A DNA stretch of 64,000 nucleotides, from assembly GCA_016839745.1 (NCBI GenBank), contig JAEOTS010000152.1:1-64000 (forward strand). Direction: 5' to 3'. A model generated the notes under the pieces. The model was not told where the DNA came from. It worked only from the letters and a program-made list of their open reading frames with translations, and searched no databases. Shown one piece after another: positions 38,905 through 48,932 of this stretch; within the stretch, counting starts at the first letter, position 1, and each line of letters opens with the position of its first letter. The translations under genes were made by a program, and so were the position numbers. The DNA is from Promethearchaeota archaeon (lineage in GTDB: Archaea; Asgardarchaeota; Lokiarchaeia; Sigyniarchaeales; SOKP01).

Positions 38905-39849
38905 ATGTTATTTCTTTTTATGGTAGATAATAAGATTTCAGATTTTATCGATGATTTTCTGATTTCAAAGGAAGTAGAAGAGGGATGTGCGCCCTCAACT
39001 ATCAAAGCGTATCGATACGATCTTGAAAAGTTTATTAACCTTGTAGGAGATTTAGCTCTTGAATCCCCAATGGTGCGTCAGAGAATTAGACTCTTTCTAA
39101 AGCAGCTGAAAGATTTAGAGTATACTAAAAAGGGTATAAGTAGAAAAATAGCCTCGTTGAGATCTTATTTTAAGTTTTTAACTCTCAATGAATTTATAAC
39201 TAAAAATCCTATGACCACTATAAAATCTCCCAAAATAAAGTTAGAAGAGAGTCTCCCTAAATTTCTTGATGTTTCTGACATTGAAGTAATATTTAATAAG
39301 TTAAAAGATAGAAAATTGTTTAACTCTAGGAAGAGTCAGAGATATTATTTGATTGTAAGGCTACTTTATTCTACTATGGCTCGTGTAAGCGAACTATGCG
39401 ATATAAAAATAAGAGACATTGATTTCAACAAAGGCTACATAAGACTAAAGGGTAAGGGAAGTAAAGAAAGAATTGTGCCCGTTGACTATAATACTTTAAA
39501 TCTGTTTAACGAATATCTAAGCAATCGAATCTCTTATAGTACTGAGGATTATCTTTTAGTAAACACGAGAAATCAAAAATTAAATCCTCGAGTCATTCAG
39601 GCAGATATAAAAACGATAAAAGAGAAGTGTGGTTTCCCAGATTCTAAGATTATAACTCCTCATGTATTTAGGCATACTGGTGCTACACATCTTAGGAGAT
39701 CGGGAATGGATATCAGTGAATTACAGGATATTTTAGGGCACAGTTCTCCAAATACAACTCGTATCTATGCTAAGAATGATATAACCAAGTTAAGACAGTC
39801 TTATTCTGCGATGCATCCATTAAATAATGATAACTTAAAATTACGATAA
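38905..39849 (+). CDS. xerA: XerA/XerD-like tyrosine recombinase
   Basis: TIKAYRYDL, LPKFL, RVSEL, GKGSKER, PHVFRH, ILGH and TRIY; complete catalytic R-K-H-R-H-Y set. Confidence 0.88.
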   Translation: MLFLFMVDNKISDFIDDFLISKEVEEGCAPSTIKAYRYDLEKFINLVGDLALESPMVRQRIRLFLKQLKDLEYTKKGISRKIASLRSYFKFLTLNEFITKNPMTTIKSPKIKLEESLPKFLDVSDIEVIFNKLKDRKLFNSRKSQRYYLIVRLLYSTMARVSELCDIKIRDIDFNKGYIRLKGKGSKERIVPVDYNTLNLFNEYLSNRISYSTEDYLLVNTRNQKLNPRVIQADIKTIKEKCGFPDSKIITPHVFRHTGATHLRRSGMDISELQDILGHSSPNTTRIYAKNDITKLRQSYSAMHPLNNDNLKLR

Positions 39850-39997
39850 GTTATCAATTATAAAATTTTTATAACATCGTAAGTCAATAATCTATTAATG
39901 TTCTAGTAAAAAGTTAAAAGTATAAGAAAGTTTAAACTTAATTTGTTCTATAATTACTTATATATCACTAAAAATTTCATTTAGGAACCAGTTAATC

Positions 39998-41191
39998 ATG
40001 GACGAGAATGGTTTTAGAAAACTTTTCATGAAGAAGTCAGTTTTCAAGCAAGCTAGCACGCTTGATATGAGTTATGTGCCCGAAAAATTATATTGTCGTG
40101 ATGACGCAATAAATACCTTATTTTTTAACTTTAGAAGGATTCTTGATGAAGAAGAGCAACCTTCTATCAACTGCTTAATTTTGGGAAAAGGTGGAGTTGG
40201 GAAAACCTGTACCGCGAGATTCTTCGGTAAAAACTTCAAAAGTATTGCGTTAGAAAAAGACATCAATATATTTACTGAATATTATAATTGTATAAACTTC
40301 CGTTCAAAAAGTAAGATAATACGTGAACTATTAGCTAAACACACCCATGGAAGTGGACGCGGTTTCGCAGACGAAGAAGCCCTTAAATTAATTCTGAAAC
40401 AGTTAATAAGAGAAAAAAGTTATATGCTGTTGGTAATTGACGAAATTCATTTATTGAGACCAGATGAAATCTTAGCTTTTTTAGATATAGCAGAAACTTA
40501 TGGGCATCAAAACGCCAAACTCTCAATAATATTAATCTCCAGAAATAAAGATTGGATGAGAATTGAAACTGAAAGAATTTTAAGTAGAATAAACGAGAAA
40601 CTTACACTTAAGCCTTATAATTATGAAGAAGCAAAACAGATATTAGAGTATAGAAGCGAGCTTGCATTAAAAGAGTACGTTGTTGATGATGATATTTTAG
40701 ATATGGTAAGTCGCATCGTTGCTGATCATCAAGATATGCGTCATGGAATTGAGATTTTAAGAAAAAGTGGATTATATGCTGATAGAGAGGGTTTAGATCG
40801 GATAAATGCAGACATTATTAGGGAAGCTTCAAATGATGTGTATCCTACATTTAGGGGAGAAATCGTAGATCAGCTTAGCGATCAAGAGCTACTAGCGTTA
40901 TTTGGAATTGCTAGATCTTTAATAAACAAAGATGAACCATATGCACTTGTTGACGAAGCCTTTAACGAATATCAAATAATTAGCGAGACCTATTCAATAG
41001 AGCCACATGTTAAAATGAGCTTTCGAAAGTATATACGGACGCTTAACCAACTAAAGATAATTGCTTCAAAAACAGTAAGAATCGAAGAAGCAGAGCGAGG
41101 AAGGCACTTAGAAATTACATTATTAGATATCCCCGCGGTTAAATTAGAAGAATTTTTAATTGAGATTTTCGACAGAAAATTCGGTTCGTAA
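39998..41191 (+). CDS. cdc6: Orc1/Cdc6 AAA+ replication initiator family protein
   Basis: YVPEKLYCR, Walker A GKGGVGKT, Walker B VIDE, PYN, DMR, C-terminal winged helix. Confidence 0.9.
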   Translation: MDENGFRKLFMKKSVFKQASTLDMSYVPEKLYCRDDAINTLFFNFRRILDEEEQPSINCLILGKGGVGKTCTARFFGKNFKSIALEKDINIFTEYYNCINFRSKSKIIRELLAKHTHGSGRGFADEEALKLILKQLIREKSYMLLVIDEIHLLRPDEILAFLDIAETYGHQNAKLSIILISRNKDWMRIETERILSRINEKLTLKPYNYEEAKQILEYRSELALKEYVVDDDILDMVSRIVADHQDMRHGIEILRKSGLYADREGLDRINADIIREASNDVYPTFRGEIVDQLSDQELLALFGIARSLINKDEPYALVDEAFNEYQIISETYSIEPHVKMSFRKYIRTLNQLKIIASKTVRIEEAERGRHLEITLLDIPAVKLEEFLIEIFDRKFGS

Positions 41192-41280
41192 GTTACTTCA
41201 TAATCTTCTTATTAATTTCATATCAAACTGATATTTTTCTTACACTTTTCATTAAACAGCAGAAAATATTAAAAACTCCC

Positions 41281-41397
41281 TTAATTCAATAGTCTAAGGG
41301 ATATTTTATCCGATACAAAAAAAAGGAGGATAAAAACACCTGCTCCAACGATACTGAAGAATATCATAATTAGATTGAAGATTTCAATTTCTCTCAT
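41281..41397 (-). CDS. 38-aa single-TM ORF, possibly a truncated gene start
   Basis: Manual translation MREIEIFNLIMIFFSIVGAGVFILLFFVSDKISLRLLN*; AGGGA upstream. Confidence 0.35.
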   Translation of the reverse strand: MREIEIFNLIMIFFSIVGAGVFILLFFVSDKISLRLLN

Positions 41398-41505
41398 AAC
41401 TATTATCCCTGATTTACTAGTAATGGTAATAAGAAAAAGTCTTTCCCTTTTGAAGAATTTAAACTACATTACATAAATGATTTGCTGGTTAATTTATATT
41501 TTTAA

Positions 41506-41736
41506 TCAATAGTTCTTTTTTTCATCCTTACTCTTACTATACCAGTCAAGCCATTCTTTTCTTCGGTTTTTTGCTTTCTGTACCTCATCTGCATCTGATC
41601 CTCGTTCATCTCGTATCCGATACCAATAACGATCTAACTCACTACGAGTTAAAGATAATCCACAAGAACTACATACCATAAGACGATTGTCGGGATTGTA
41701 TTTCATGTTTCCAGCGCATTCTGGACATCTAGCCAT
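41506..41736 (-). CDS. Small zinc-ribbon protein
   Basis: CPECAG...CSSCG followed by a helical tail. Confidence 0.8.
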   Translation of the reverse strand: MARCPECAGNMKYNPDNRLMVCSSCGLSLTRSELDRYWYRIRDERGSDADEVQKAKNRRKEWLDWYSKSKDEKKNY

Positions 41737-41890
41737 TATTTATCTCAAATATTTTAATTTTTCTTATCTCTGATTAAAATAGAATTAAACACAGTTAAAA
41801 TAATTAATGCATATCATATAATCTCTAAATTTATTTTTAATGATTACTTAACCTAATAATACATTTTACTAAGATTATTGAATGAAATAA

Positions 41891-43135
41891 TTGAGAAATA
41901 TGAAGTCAGATGTTTATTATTTTACGGCAAGAACCAACAATCATGAAGAAAGTTTAAGTAAGGTTAAAGGGCCCTTAGCCTTGGAGAATATTGGTTTTAA
42001 CAGTAAAGTAAATAATGGAGATAAGGTTGTAATAAAAACTCATTTTGGTGCTTTAGAGAATGTAAGATATTTACGACCCTGTTATATTAGGTTTTTATGT
42101 GATCATGTAAAAACATTAGGAGGAGTTCCTTACGTAGCAGAATCGTGTGGTTGGGGTGCTCCAGAAGAGATTACAGGGATTCACACTGAATATAGTGGGC
42201 GAGCTGGTGAAGAAGAATATTTAGAAGTGGCTAAGATGCATGGATTTACTGAAGATACTATGGGGGCGAAACTTCTGATGCTTGACGGTCGCGTTGGTAT
42301 AAATAATATAAAGCATAGTATTAATGGTAAGCGATTTAATGAAGTTTTGGTTGCGGGGAGGTTGAAGGAATTCGATCACATGGTTTTAGCAACCCATTTT
42401 AAAGGACACGCTGGTGCTGGTTTTGGAGGTGCTCTTAAAAATCTAGGAATTGGATGTGTAAGTAAGGGTGGGAAAGTTCAAGCCCATATGGGAAAAAAAT
42501 TCGAGTTCGATTTTAATGCACCTATATCCGATTACGAAACCTGTTTGAAAATCTGCCCGACAAATGCATTAAGAGAAGGTCCAGACGGGAAGTTAATACG
42601 GGACGAAAAAAAATGTAGATATTGTTACATGTGTAAGTCTGTATGTAAAAACAATGTGATAGATACCGGTTCATCAACGCAGGAAGAATTTATTATTCAA
42701 ATGGTAGATAATGCCGCTGGTGTGGTTGATTATTACGGTAAAAATAAAATATATTATTTAAATTATGTTATAGATGTAACATGGCAATGTGACTGCACAG
42801 GTGGTTCTGATGTGCCATTTGTAAGTGATATTGGGATTTTATCTTCGCTTGATCCAGTAGCTGTCGATCAGAGTGCCGTTGATTTGATCCATTTATCTTT
42901 CATGAATCCGCATTCAATTTTGGGTGATATTGGAAACATTTCCAAAGAAAAACCAAATGAATGGTTTTCTTATACACCTAGATTTGATCCAGAAACACAC
43001 GAATTGGATTTAAATTCCAATGGGAAGGAATCCAAACATTGGGAGGTACAGCTAAGAGCAGCTGAAGATATTGGATTAGGGTCCCGAGATTATAATTTAA
43101 TAGAAGTAAATATAGAAAGTAAGAAGAAGAACTAA
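41891..43135 (+). CDS. DUF362 family Fe-S protein
   Basis: VVIKTHFG, HFKGH..GFGGALKN, ferredoxin cysteines, CDC, DPVAVD. Confidence 0.88.
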   Translation: MRNMKSDVYYFTARTNNHEESLSKVKGPLALENIGFNSKVNNGDKVVIKTHFGALENVRYLRPCYIRFLCDHVKTLGGVPYVAESCGWGAPEEITGIHTEYSGRAGEEEYLEVAKMHGFTEDTMGAKLLMLDGRVGINNIKHSINGKRFNEVLVAGRLKEFDHMVLATHFKGHAGAGFGGALKNLGIGCVSKGGKVQAHMGKKFEFDFNAPISDYETCLKICPTNALREGPDGKLIRDEKKCRYCYMCKSVCKNNVIDTGSSTQEEFIIQMVDNAAGVVDYYGKNKIYYLNYVIDVTWQCDCTGGSDVPFVSDIGILSSLDPVAVDQSAVDLIHLSFMNPHSILGDIGNISKEKPNEWFSYTPRFDPETHELDLNSNGKESKHWEVQLRAAEDIGLGSRDYNLIEVNIESKKKN

Positions 43136-43230
43136 TTTTTTTAAAAACATTCTATTTTTATTTAACAAAATTTTTATCGTAAATTAAATTAAAGATATAA
43201 CTAAAGCTTCTCTTTAAGATTAAAGGTGAA

Positions 43231-44961
43231 ATGATGAAACCAGTTTTGACTCTTGAAGAAGTAAGAAATGCAATTATAGGTCAGAATTTTATGTTCCAGA
43301 CTCCTTATGGAAAGCGTTTACTTACATATGCGGATTATACTGCCTCTGGCAGATCTCTTAAATTTATAGAACAATTTCTAATTAAGATTCAACGAGAATA
43401 TGCAAACACTCATACAGAAGACAATATAACAGGTCGTCATATGACGAAAGTCTTATATCAAGCAGAGTCGGTAATAAAAAAAGCTTTTAATGCGGAAGAA
43501 AATTGTCGAATTATAGCCACGGGTACAGGAGCAACGGGAGCAATAGCCAAATTTCAGGAAATTATTGGTATACATCTACCTCCAGCGACAAAAGAACTTG
43601 TACGAATAATATTAGATAAATCGTCTAATGAAAATATTTTAGACAAAAATTTGACTATGAACCTTGAATCAGAAATAAATCGATTAAAGCCCGTTGTTTT
43701 TATAGGTCCATATGAACATCATTCCAACGATATAATGTGGCGTGAAGCTATAGCAGAAGTTGTTTCAATTCAACTTACCCCCGATGGGTATATAGACTTA
43801 GAGGATTTAGAGCGTCAAGTTTCAGACCCTATATATAAAAATAGGCTAAAAATTGGATCTTTTTCGGCAGCATCGAATGTTACCGGGCTAAAATCTCCTG
43901 TTTATGAAATTTCTCGTATATTACATAAATATGGGTGTATTGTATGTTTTGATTTTGCAGCTAGTGCTCCTTATGTAAAAATAGATATGAATCGTGATCC
44001 GGAAACATTTTTTGATGCGATCTTTATATCTCCTCATAAATTCGTAGGAGGTCCAGGGTCATCAGGAATCTTAGTGTTTAACGAACGAGTATATAATACA
44101 GCTCTATCTCCAACCTCTGCTGGAGGTGGGACTGTTGATTTTGTCAGTTCTACAACAGTGGATTATTCAGAAGATATTGAAATAAGAGAAAAAGCGGGTA
44201 CACCAGGGGTTTTGCAGACTATTAAAGCTGCATTAGCTATTGATTTAAAGGACGCGATAGGAATTGAAAATATTAAATCGAAAGAATTAGAATATACAAC
44301 AAAATCATTAGAACGATTATCTAAACATCCAAAAATCGAGGTTCTAGGACCAATTGAACCTGAGAATCGCATTTCTATTGTGTCCTTTATGATTAAACAT
44401 GGAGATAAATATTTACACCCGAAATTTATTACCAAATTGCTCAATGATTTGTTTGGAATTCAAAGTCGTGCGGGTTGCATGTGTGCAGGACCATATGGAC
44501 ATTTATTACTTAAAATTGACGAAGAACGATCTCAAAAGTTTCGATGTGTTACTCAACAAGGGAAACTCGGATTTAAACCGGGATGGTGTCGTGTTAATTT
44601 TCATTATTTGTTTACCGAAGTTGAGTTCGAGTTTATATGTGAGGCTATAGAATTTACAGCTGATTATGGATATTTATTTCTTAAAGATTACTCTTTTAAC
44701 GTTCATTCTGGAGAGTGGACGCATCTCAATTTTGAGGAAGCTTTCCAATCCAGCAGACCAGATATTAAATCAATCCTCTCGACAAATTTAAGGAATTGTT
44801 TTGATGATGAAATTATTAATCGAAATATTGAATTTACTAATTATTTGAACAAAGCTAGAAAATTAGTCCAGACTATTAAAGCGGAAAAAGAATATCAACC
44901 ATTTGATGATCCTGAAGACGAAGAACTAAGGTGGTTTAATTTTATACACTTAAACAAATAA
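43231..44961 (+). CDS. Class V PLP enzyme (cysteine desulfurase-like, long form)
   Basis: YADYTASG, EHHSN, ASNVTG, SPHKF, RAGCMCAGPY. Confidence 0.9.
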   Translation: MMKPVLTLEEVRNAIIGQNFMFQTPYGKRLLTYADYTASGRSLKFIEQFLIKIQREYANTHTEDNITGRHMTKVLYQAESVIKKAFNAEENCRIIATGTGATGAIAKFQEIIGIHLPPATKELVRIILDKSSNENILDKNLTMNLESEINRLKPVVFIGPYEHHSNDIMWREAIAEVVSIQLTPDGYIDLEDLERQVSDPIYKNRLKIGSFSAASNVTGLKSPVYEISRILHKYGCIVCFDFAASAPYVKIDMNRDPETFFDAIFISPHKFVGGPGSSGILVFNERVYNTALSPTSAGGGTVDFVSSTTVDYSEDIEIREKAGTPGVLQTIKAALAIDLKDAIGIENIKSKELEYTTKSLERLSKHPKIEVLGPIEPENRISIVSFMIKHGDKYLHPKFITKLLNDLFGIQSRAGCMCAGPYGHLLLKIDEERSQKFRCVTQQGKLGFKPGWCRVNFHYLFTEVEFEFICEAIEFTADYGYLFLKDYSFNVHSGEWTHLNFEEAFQSSRPDIKSILSTNLRNCFDDEIINRNIEFTNYLNKARKLVQTIKAEKEYQPFDDPEDEELRWFNFIHLNK

Positions 44962-44993
44962 AATTGAAGAAAAAGGAAATCAAAAAAAGAATT

Positions 44994-46334
44994 TTAAGAA
45001 GACACATTTAAGTTCTTAAACGCCATATATGGAAAGAGAGTGTTTTCGGTAAATTCACTCTCTTTTGAGATATATAAGCAATTTTTCATCATTTCAAGAA
45101 CATTACCACTAACATTACCGAGTTTAATTGGATTTTGGAACTCACCGTTTTTAATGTAAGATCCATTTCTAATTTCCGCTCCAAAATTACCGGAGACCTC
45201 ATCTGGATTTAACCAAGAGAATTGCTCGATGTAATACCCTTCCTTGATATTAGAAATCATCTCTTCGAAGGAAATATCTCCAGGTGCAATTTTAAAATTA
45301 CTTAACCCATTAACAACCGTGCCGTTTTCTGCCCGTCTTGCGTTTCCAGTTGATTGTTTCTCTTCCAGTATTGCATACATTTGATCGTATAATCTATTCT
45401 GAAAAACACCATTCTTTATAACTTCTGTCAACTGATGAGGATTTCCTTCTGAATCCCACGAATTTGAGTTCAGGCCTCCTTCTAACAATCCATCATCAAT
45501 AATAGTGATGTTCTCGTTTGCTATTACATCCCCGATGTTGAAACATGAAATTTTTTCAGCATGAGCTTTACCAAGTGCATGAACTCCAATGACAGGATTA
45601 ATAGCTTGTTTTAAAACGTTTGGAGAAAAAACGACAATGGCATCATCAGAAGGTTTAGGTTCTACTGCTCTAAGCGTATCCTTAGCTTTTCTAACCCAAT
45701 TAGACACTCTTTCTTCGAAATTTAGTTGCTCTTTTTCTTTATAATACCCTTCATTCCAGAATTCCGATAATTTACCATTTTCTTGAGCCTTTAAGGAAGA
45801 TTCCATAAAAAAGTAGGTCTTTCTCGCGTTTAACTTTAAATCATTGCTATTTCTCAGAAAACTTTGATTGCTGTGTATCCTAAATCGCAAGAATGTAGGT
45901 ATTACATCCTTTTGTTGATTCACTTCAGAGATTAATACTTCTGCTAAGTCCTTCTGAATCGTTAGAGGATCGCTTAATATGGTTTTATCAGCTGTATTGA
46001 TAGGGGAAATATTTACTTTTGAAGGGAAATTGTACTTAGAACTCGAATTAATTTTTGATAGCGTGACACATGTATCGATGTTTTTCTCGATTTGGTTAGA
46101 TTCAAGTGAATTCCCTTTAACTACGCCTATACCCGTTTTGTTTTCCTTTTGAGTAAGAATTCTTATAAAATATTCAAAATCACTTATCTCGCGTTCGTTC
46201 TCAGCCTTATCCTTTAAAAAAATAGTTTCAAAGATACTCTTTTCGACGAAGAATATCTCAAATTCTTGGATTTTCTTCGATTTTAAAATAGCTTCGATTT
46301 TATCTAACCTTTCGATTGGCATATCTTCATTCAC
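44994..46334 (-). CDS. TldE/PmbA family protein
   Basis: WDSEG, STGNARR, SGNF, GNVSGNV; overlaps tldD by 4 nt. Confidence 0.88.
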   Translation of the reverse strand: MNEDMPIERLDKIEAILKSKKIQEFEIFFVEKSIFETIFLKDKAENEREISDFEYFIRILTQKENKTGIGVVKGNSLESNQIEKNIDTCVTLSKINSSSKYNFPSKVNISPINTADKTILSDPLTIQKDLAEVLISEVNQQKDVIPTFLRFRIHSNQSFLRNSNDLKLNARKTYFFMESSLKAQENGKLSEFWNEGYYKEKEQLNFEERVSNWVRKAKDTLRAVEPKPSDDAIVVFSPNVLKQAINPVIGVHALGKAHAEKISCFNIGDVIANENITIIDDGLLEGGLNSNSWDSEGNPHQLTEVIKNGVFQNRLYDQMYAILEEKQSTGNARRAENGTVVNGLSNFKIAPGDISFEEMISNIKEGYYIEQFSWLNPDEVSGNFGAEIRNGSYIKNGEFQNPIKLGNVSGNVLEMMKNCLYISKESEFTENTLFPYMAFKNLNVSS

Positions 46335-47722
46335 CCCGGACTCACCAATACATTTTTAGCTCTAATATAACTACCTCCAGATGTAACGGGAACCATATCT
46401 TCACTACCTTTTCCACAAGTTCCTCCATCTAGTTTCAAGGCATCCTTGCTTATAGCATCGATATTTTTAAGCATCTCAAGAACACTCCCACTTAAAGCAG
46501 TTGCTTTAAGAATCTTAGTTCTTTCTCCGTTTTCAATAAGGTAACTCTTTTTTGATGTGCATTGCATGCCTCCGCCAAGTGGATCCTCCATACCAAAATT
46601 TCCACGAACTAGCATTACCCCTTCTTTAATTTCTGAAATCATTTCTTCTAGTTCATAATCTCCAGAACCAAAATATGTATTAGACATCCTAACATTGACA
46701 GGATGAGCAAAACTTTCTCGTCTGCCGTTTCCTTGCGGAATAGCATTAAATTCTGATGCTGTTCTTCTATCATATATGAAATTTAATAATATTCCATTTT
46801 CAACTAAGATGTTGTGTCCAGCCTTTATTCCTTCGTCGTCGAAAAAATAGGAACCAAATTTCTTTTCTAAAGAAGGAGTGTCATAAATTGAGCATATCTC
46901 AGACGCAACTTGTTTATTAAGGTGTTGTTTCAAATAACTGCGATCTCTAAGTATTTGATCTGCTTCCAAACCATGCCCAAAACTCTCGTGAGCAATCAAT
47001 CCTGCCATTTTAGGGTCTAAAATAATAGTATTTCTTCCTGATGGAGGTAATTCAGCTTTTATCATCTCAAGTGAATTTTTAACTACTTGATCTAAAACTC
47101 CGGATTCGATTGAATCAAAAATTTCAAATCCTATTTCTCCTGATTTAATAAAGTAATCGTAATCTACTACGGATCCTTCTTTAGCGATAGGTACAACGAA
47201 AACACGAGTCCTTGGAATTACTTGCCTTAATTTGCATCCTTCGTTATTGACAAATATTCGTTCAATTAGAAGCTCTAAATACTTCACTTGGACATTAATA
47301 ATTCTTTCGTCCGCATTTTTGACATATGTGTAGATGTCCCTTACTCTTTCAATCTTTTCATCAATAGAGACATTAACGGGATCAATCTTAGGTTTGATTT
47401 CTTTATTTAACCTCCAACTGTCGAATTCAGCAATAAGGTTTCCTTTTTTAGATGCTTTCGGTATTTTCGTTTTCACAACATTTATATCTCCATTCACTTC
47501 AATTGCTACTTCTTTCCACGAACCTAAAAAACTGCGGGCGACGATGCCTGATTTTTTAGTATTTACCGAAAAATTCTCAGCGGAAGGCGTTTTTATTATG
47601 GTTGTTGACGAAACTGAATCGTATAAGATATCAAAGTATTGATCGCTACGATTATAATGATTCGTAATTTCTTCAAATTCAGAAAAAATTTCTTCATATG
47701 ATTTATTAAACATCAATATCAC
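46331..47722 (-). CDS. tldD: TldD family metalloprotease
   Basis: HESFGHGLEAD, FDDEG, GNGRRES, RMSNT, CGKG. Confidence 0.92.
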   Translation of the reverse strand: MILMFNKSYEEIFSEFEEITNHYNRSDQYFDILYDSVSSTTIIKTPSAENFSVNTKKSGIVARSFLGSWKEVAIEVNGDINVVKTKIPKASKKGNLIAEFDSWRLNKEIKPKIDPVNVSIDEKIERVRDIYTYVKNADERIINVQVKYLELLIERIFVNNEGCKLRQVIPRTRVFVVPIAKEGSVVDYDYFIKSGEIGFEIFDSIESGVLDQVVKNSLEMIKAELPPSGRNTIILDPKMAGLIAHESFGHGLEADQILRDRSYLKQHLNKQVASEICSIYDTPSLEKKFGSYFFDDEGIKAGHNILVENGILLNFIYDRRTASEFNAIPQGNGRRESFAHPVNVRMSNTYFGSGDYELEEMISEIKEGVMLVRGNFGMEDPLGGGMQCTSKKSYLIENGERTKILKATALSGSVLEMLKNIDAISKDALKLDGGTCGKGSEDMVPVTSGGSYIRAKNVLVSPG

Positions 47723-47865
47723 AAAATTTCAAAGTTTGACCTAGAATCAAGTTGATTAAATATAATTAACGTTATGGTAAAAATAATATATCTAACAATA
47801 TATAGGTTGACTTATCATCTTCCATTACTATTTATGACCTTAAATCAATGAAAGAATTAAAAAAT

Positions 47866-48744
47866 TTATTCACCTTTATTTTTTTCTTCTAAATAAGAAA
47901 TTCTAGTTTCTAAAATACTCATTGTCTCAATAAGATTATTAATCGTATTCTGAATTTCTTTAACTCCATGCTGAAGTTCACCCAGTTTATCTAAAATAAA
48001 TGACATTACTTCTGGTCTTTTTACGGGTTCGATCAGCCAATTAATAGTATTCTGTAAAAATTTTTGATTATCTAAAGAATTAATCCCAATATTGTCATCA
48101 CTACAAAAAATGTCAATATCTCCCAGAGCAACAACTTTTCCTTGTCCAAAATTAGAATAAGCAGCTATTGTATACTGTTGTTCTTTATCTTTTGTCCATT
48201 CTTCAGATGTATTGTTGTAAATCTCTGACCAGATGTTATTTTCATTCGTTTGTAATAGTGGTTTTGCCCCCTTTTTTAAGAAGAGAGAACAGGCACCCCC
48301 GATTATTACTTCTCTTAATCCACTAACAATATCATTGGCTGGAAATTCTTGAATATGGAGAATACTAGAACAATTTTGGTTATGTGAATTTTGCTCTTTA
48401 ATTAGATTCTTCTCAAAAATGAAACCAAAATTAGTGGCTAAATCGTTCAGATTTGTTTTTTGAAGGAAATCTGCTCCATATTCACTAACCAAAATCAAGT
48501 TTCCTCCTACTCTAACATAATTAACAACATCCTTTATCTCGATGTTTGAGAAATAATCGTCGATTGGGTTACCCAATACTAAAACATCAACATCCTCAAG
48601 ATTTTTTTTTGTTAAATCTTTATTTTCGTTTTTTTTAATCTTAAGATTGAGATTTTGAAGGAGTTTTAAAAAATCAGAAAATTCGTCATCAAGTGTAAGC
48701 ATTTCGTTATGGTTTAAGTCAAATAAAATCGTTTTTCGCTGCAT
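47866..48744 (-). CDS. GIFT (GldG/IFT52-like) domain protein with C-terminal coiled coil
   Basis: ILFD..H.E, VLVLGNP, YVRVGGNL, TNLN, GKVVALGD..F and DN.KF..N.INWL pattern; heptad tail. Confidence 0.72.
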   Translation of the reverse strand: MQRKTILFDLNHNEMLTLDDEFSDFLKLLQNLNLKIKKNENKDLTKKNLEDVDVLVLGNPIDDYFSNIEIKDVVNYVRVGGNLILVSEYGADFLQKTNLNDLATNFGFIFEKNLIKEQNSHNQNCSSILHIQEFPANDIVSGLREVIIGGACSLFLKKGAKPLLQTNENNIWSEIYNNTSEEWTKDKEQQYTIAAYSNFGQGKVVALGDIDIFCSDDNIGINSLDNQKFLQNTINWLIEPVKRPEVMSFILDKLGELQHGVKEIQNTINNLIETMSILETRISYLEEKNKGE

Positions 48745-48932
48745 TTTTACTATTAATGTGACAAAAATACGACTATAAAAATGATTCTATAACTTAAACT
48801 TTAACAGATAAATTTTATAAAGATTAATGAATAATCCTTTTTGGATTATGTTTTAGATAAAAAAATAATGTAATAATCCCTTATCACTAAAAAAAAACAA
48901 GTAAGATTAACGCAGTTAACGGTCTGTTAATT

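Noticed and set aside
39850-39997. Replication origin upstream of cdc6
   Set aside because: Short spacer with no repeated ORB or G-string; one weak match is expected by chance at this AT content
44994-47722. TldD/E as part of a RiPP cluster
   Set aside because: No precursor peptide, YcaO or other maturase nearby; TldD/E are common housekeeping genes in archaea
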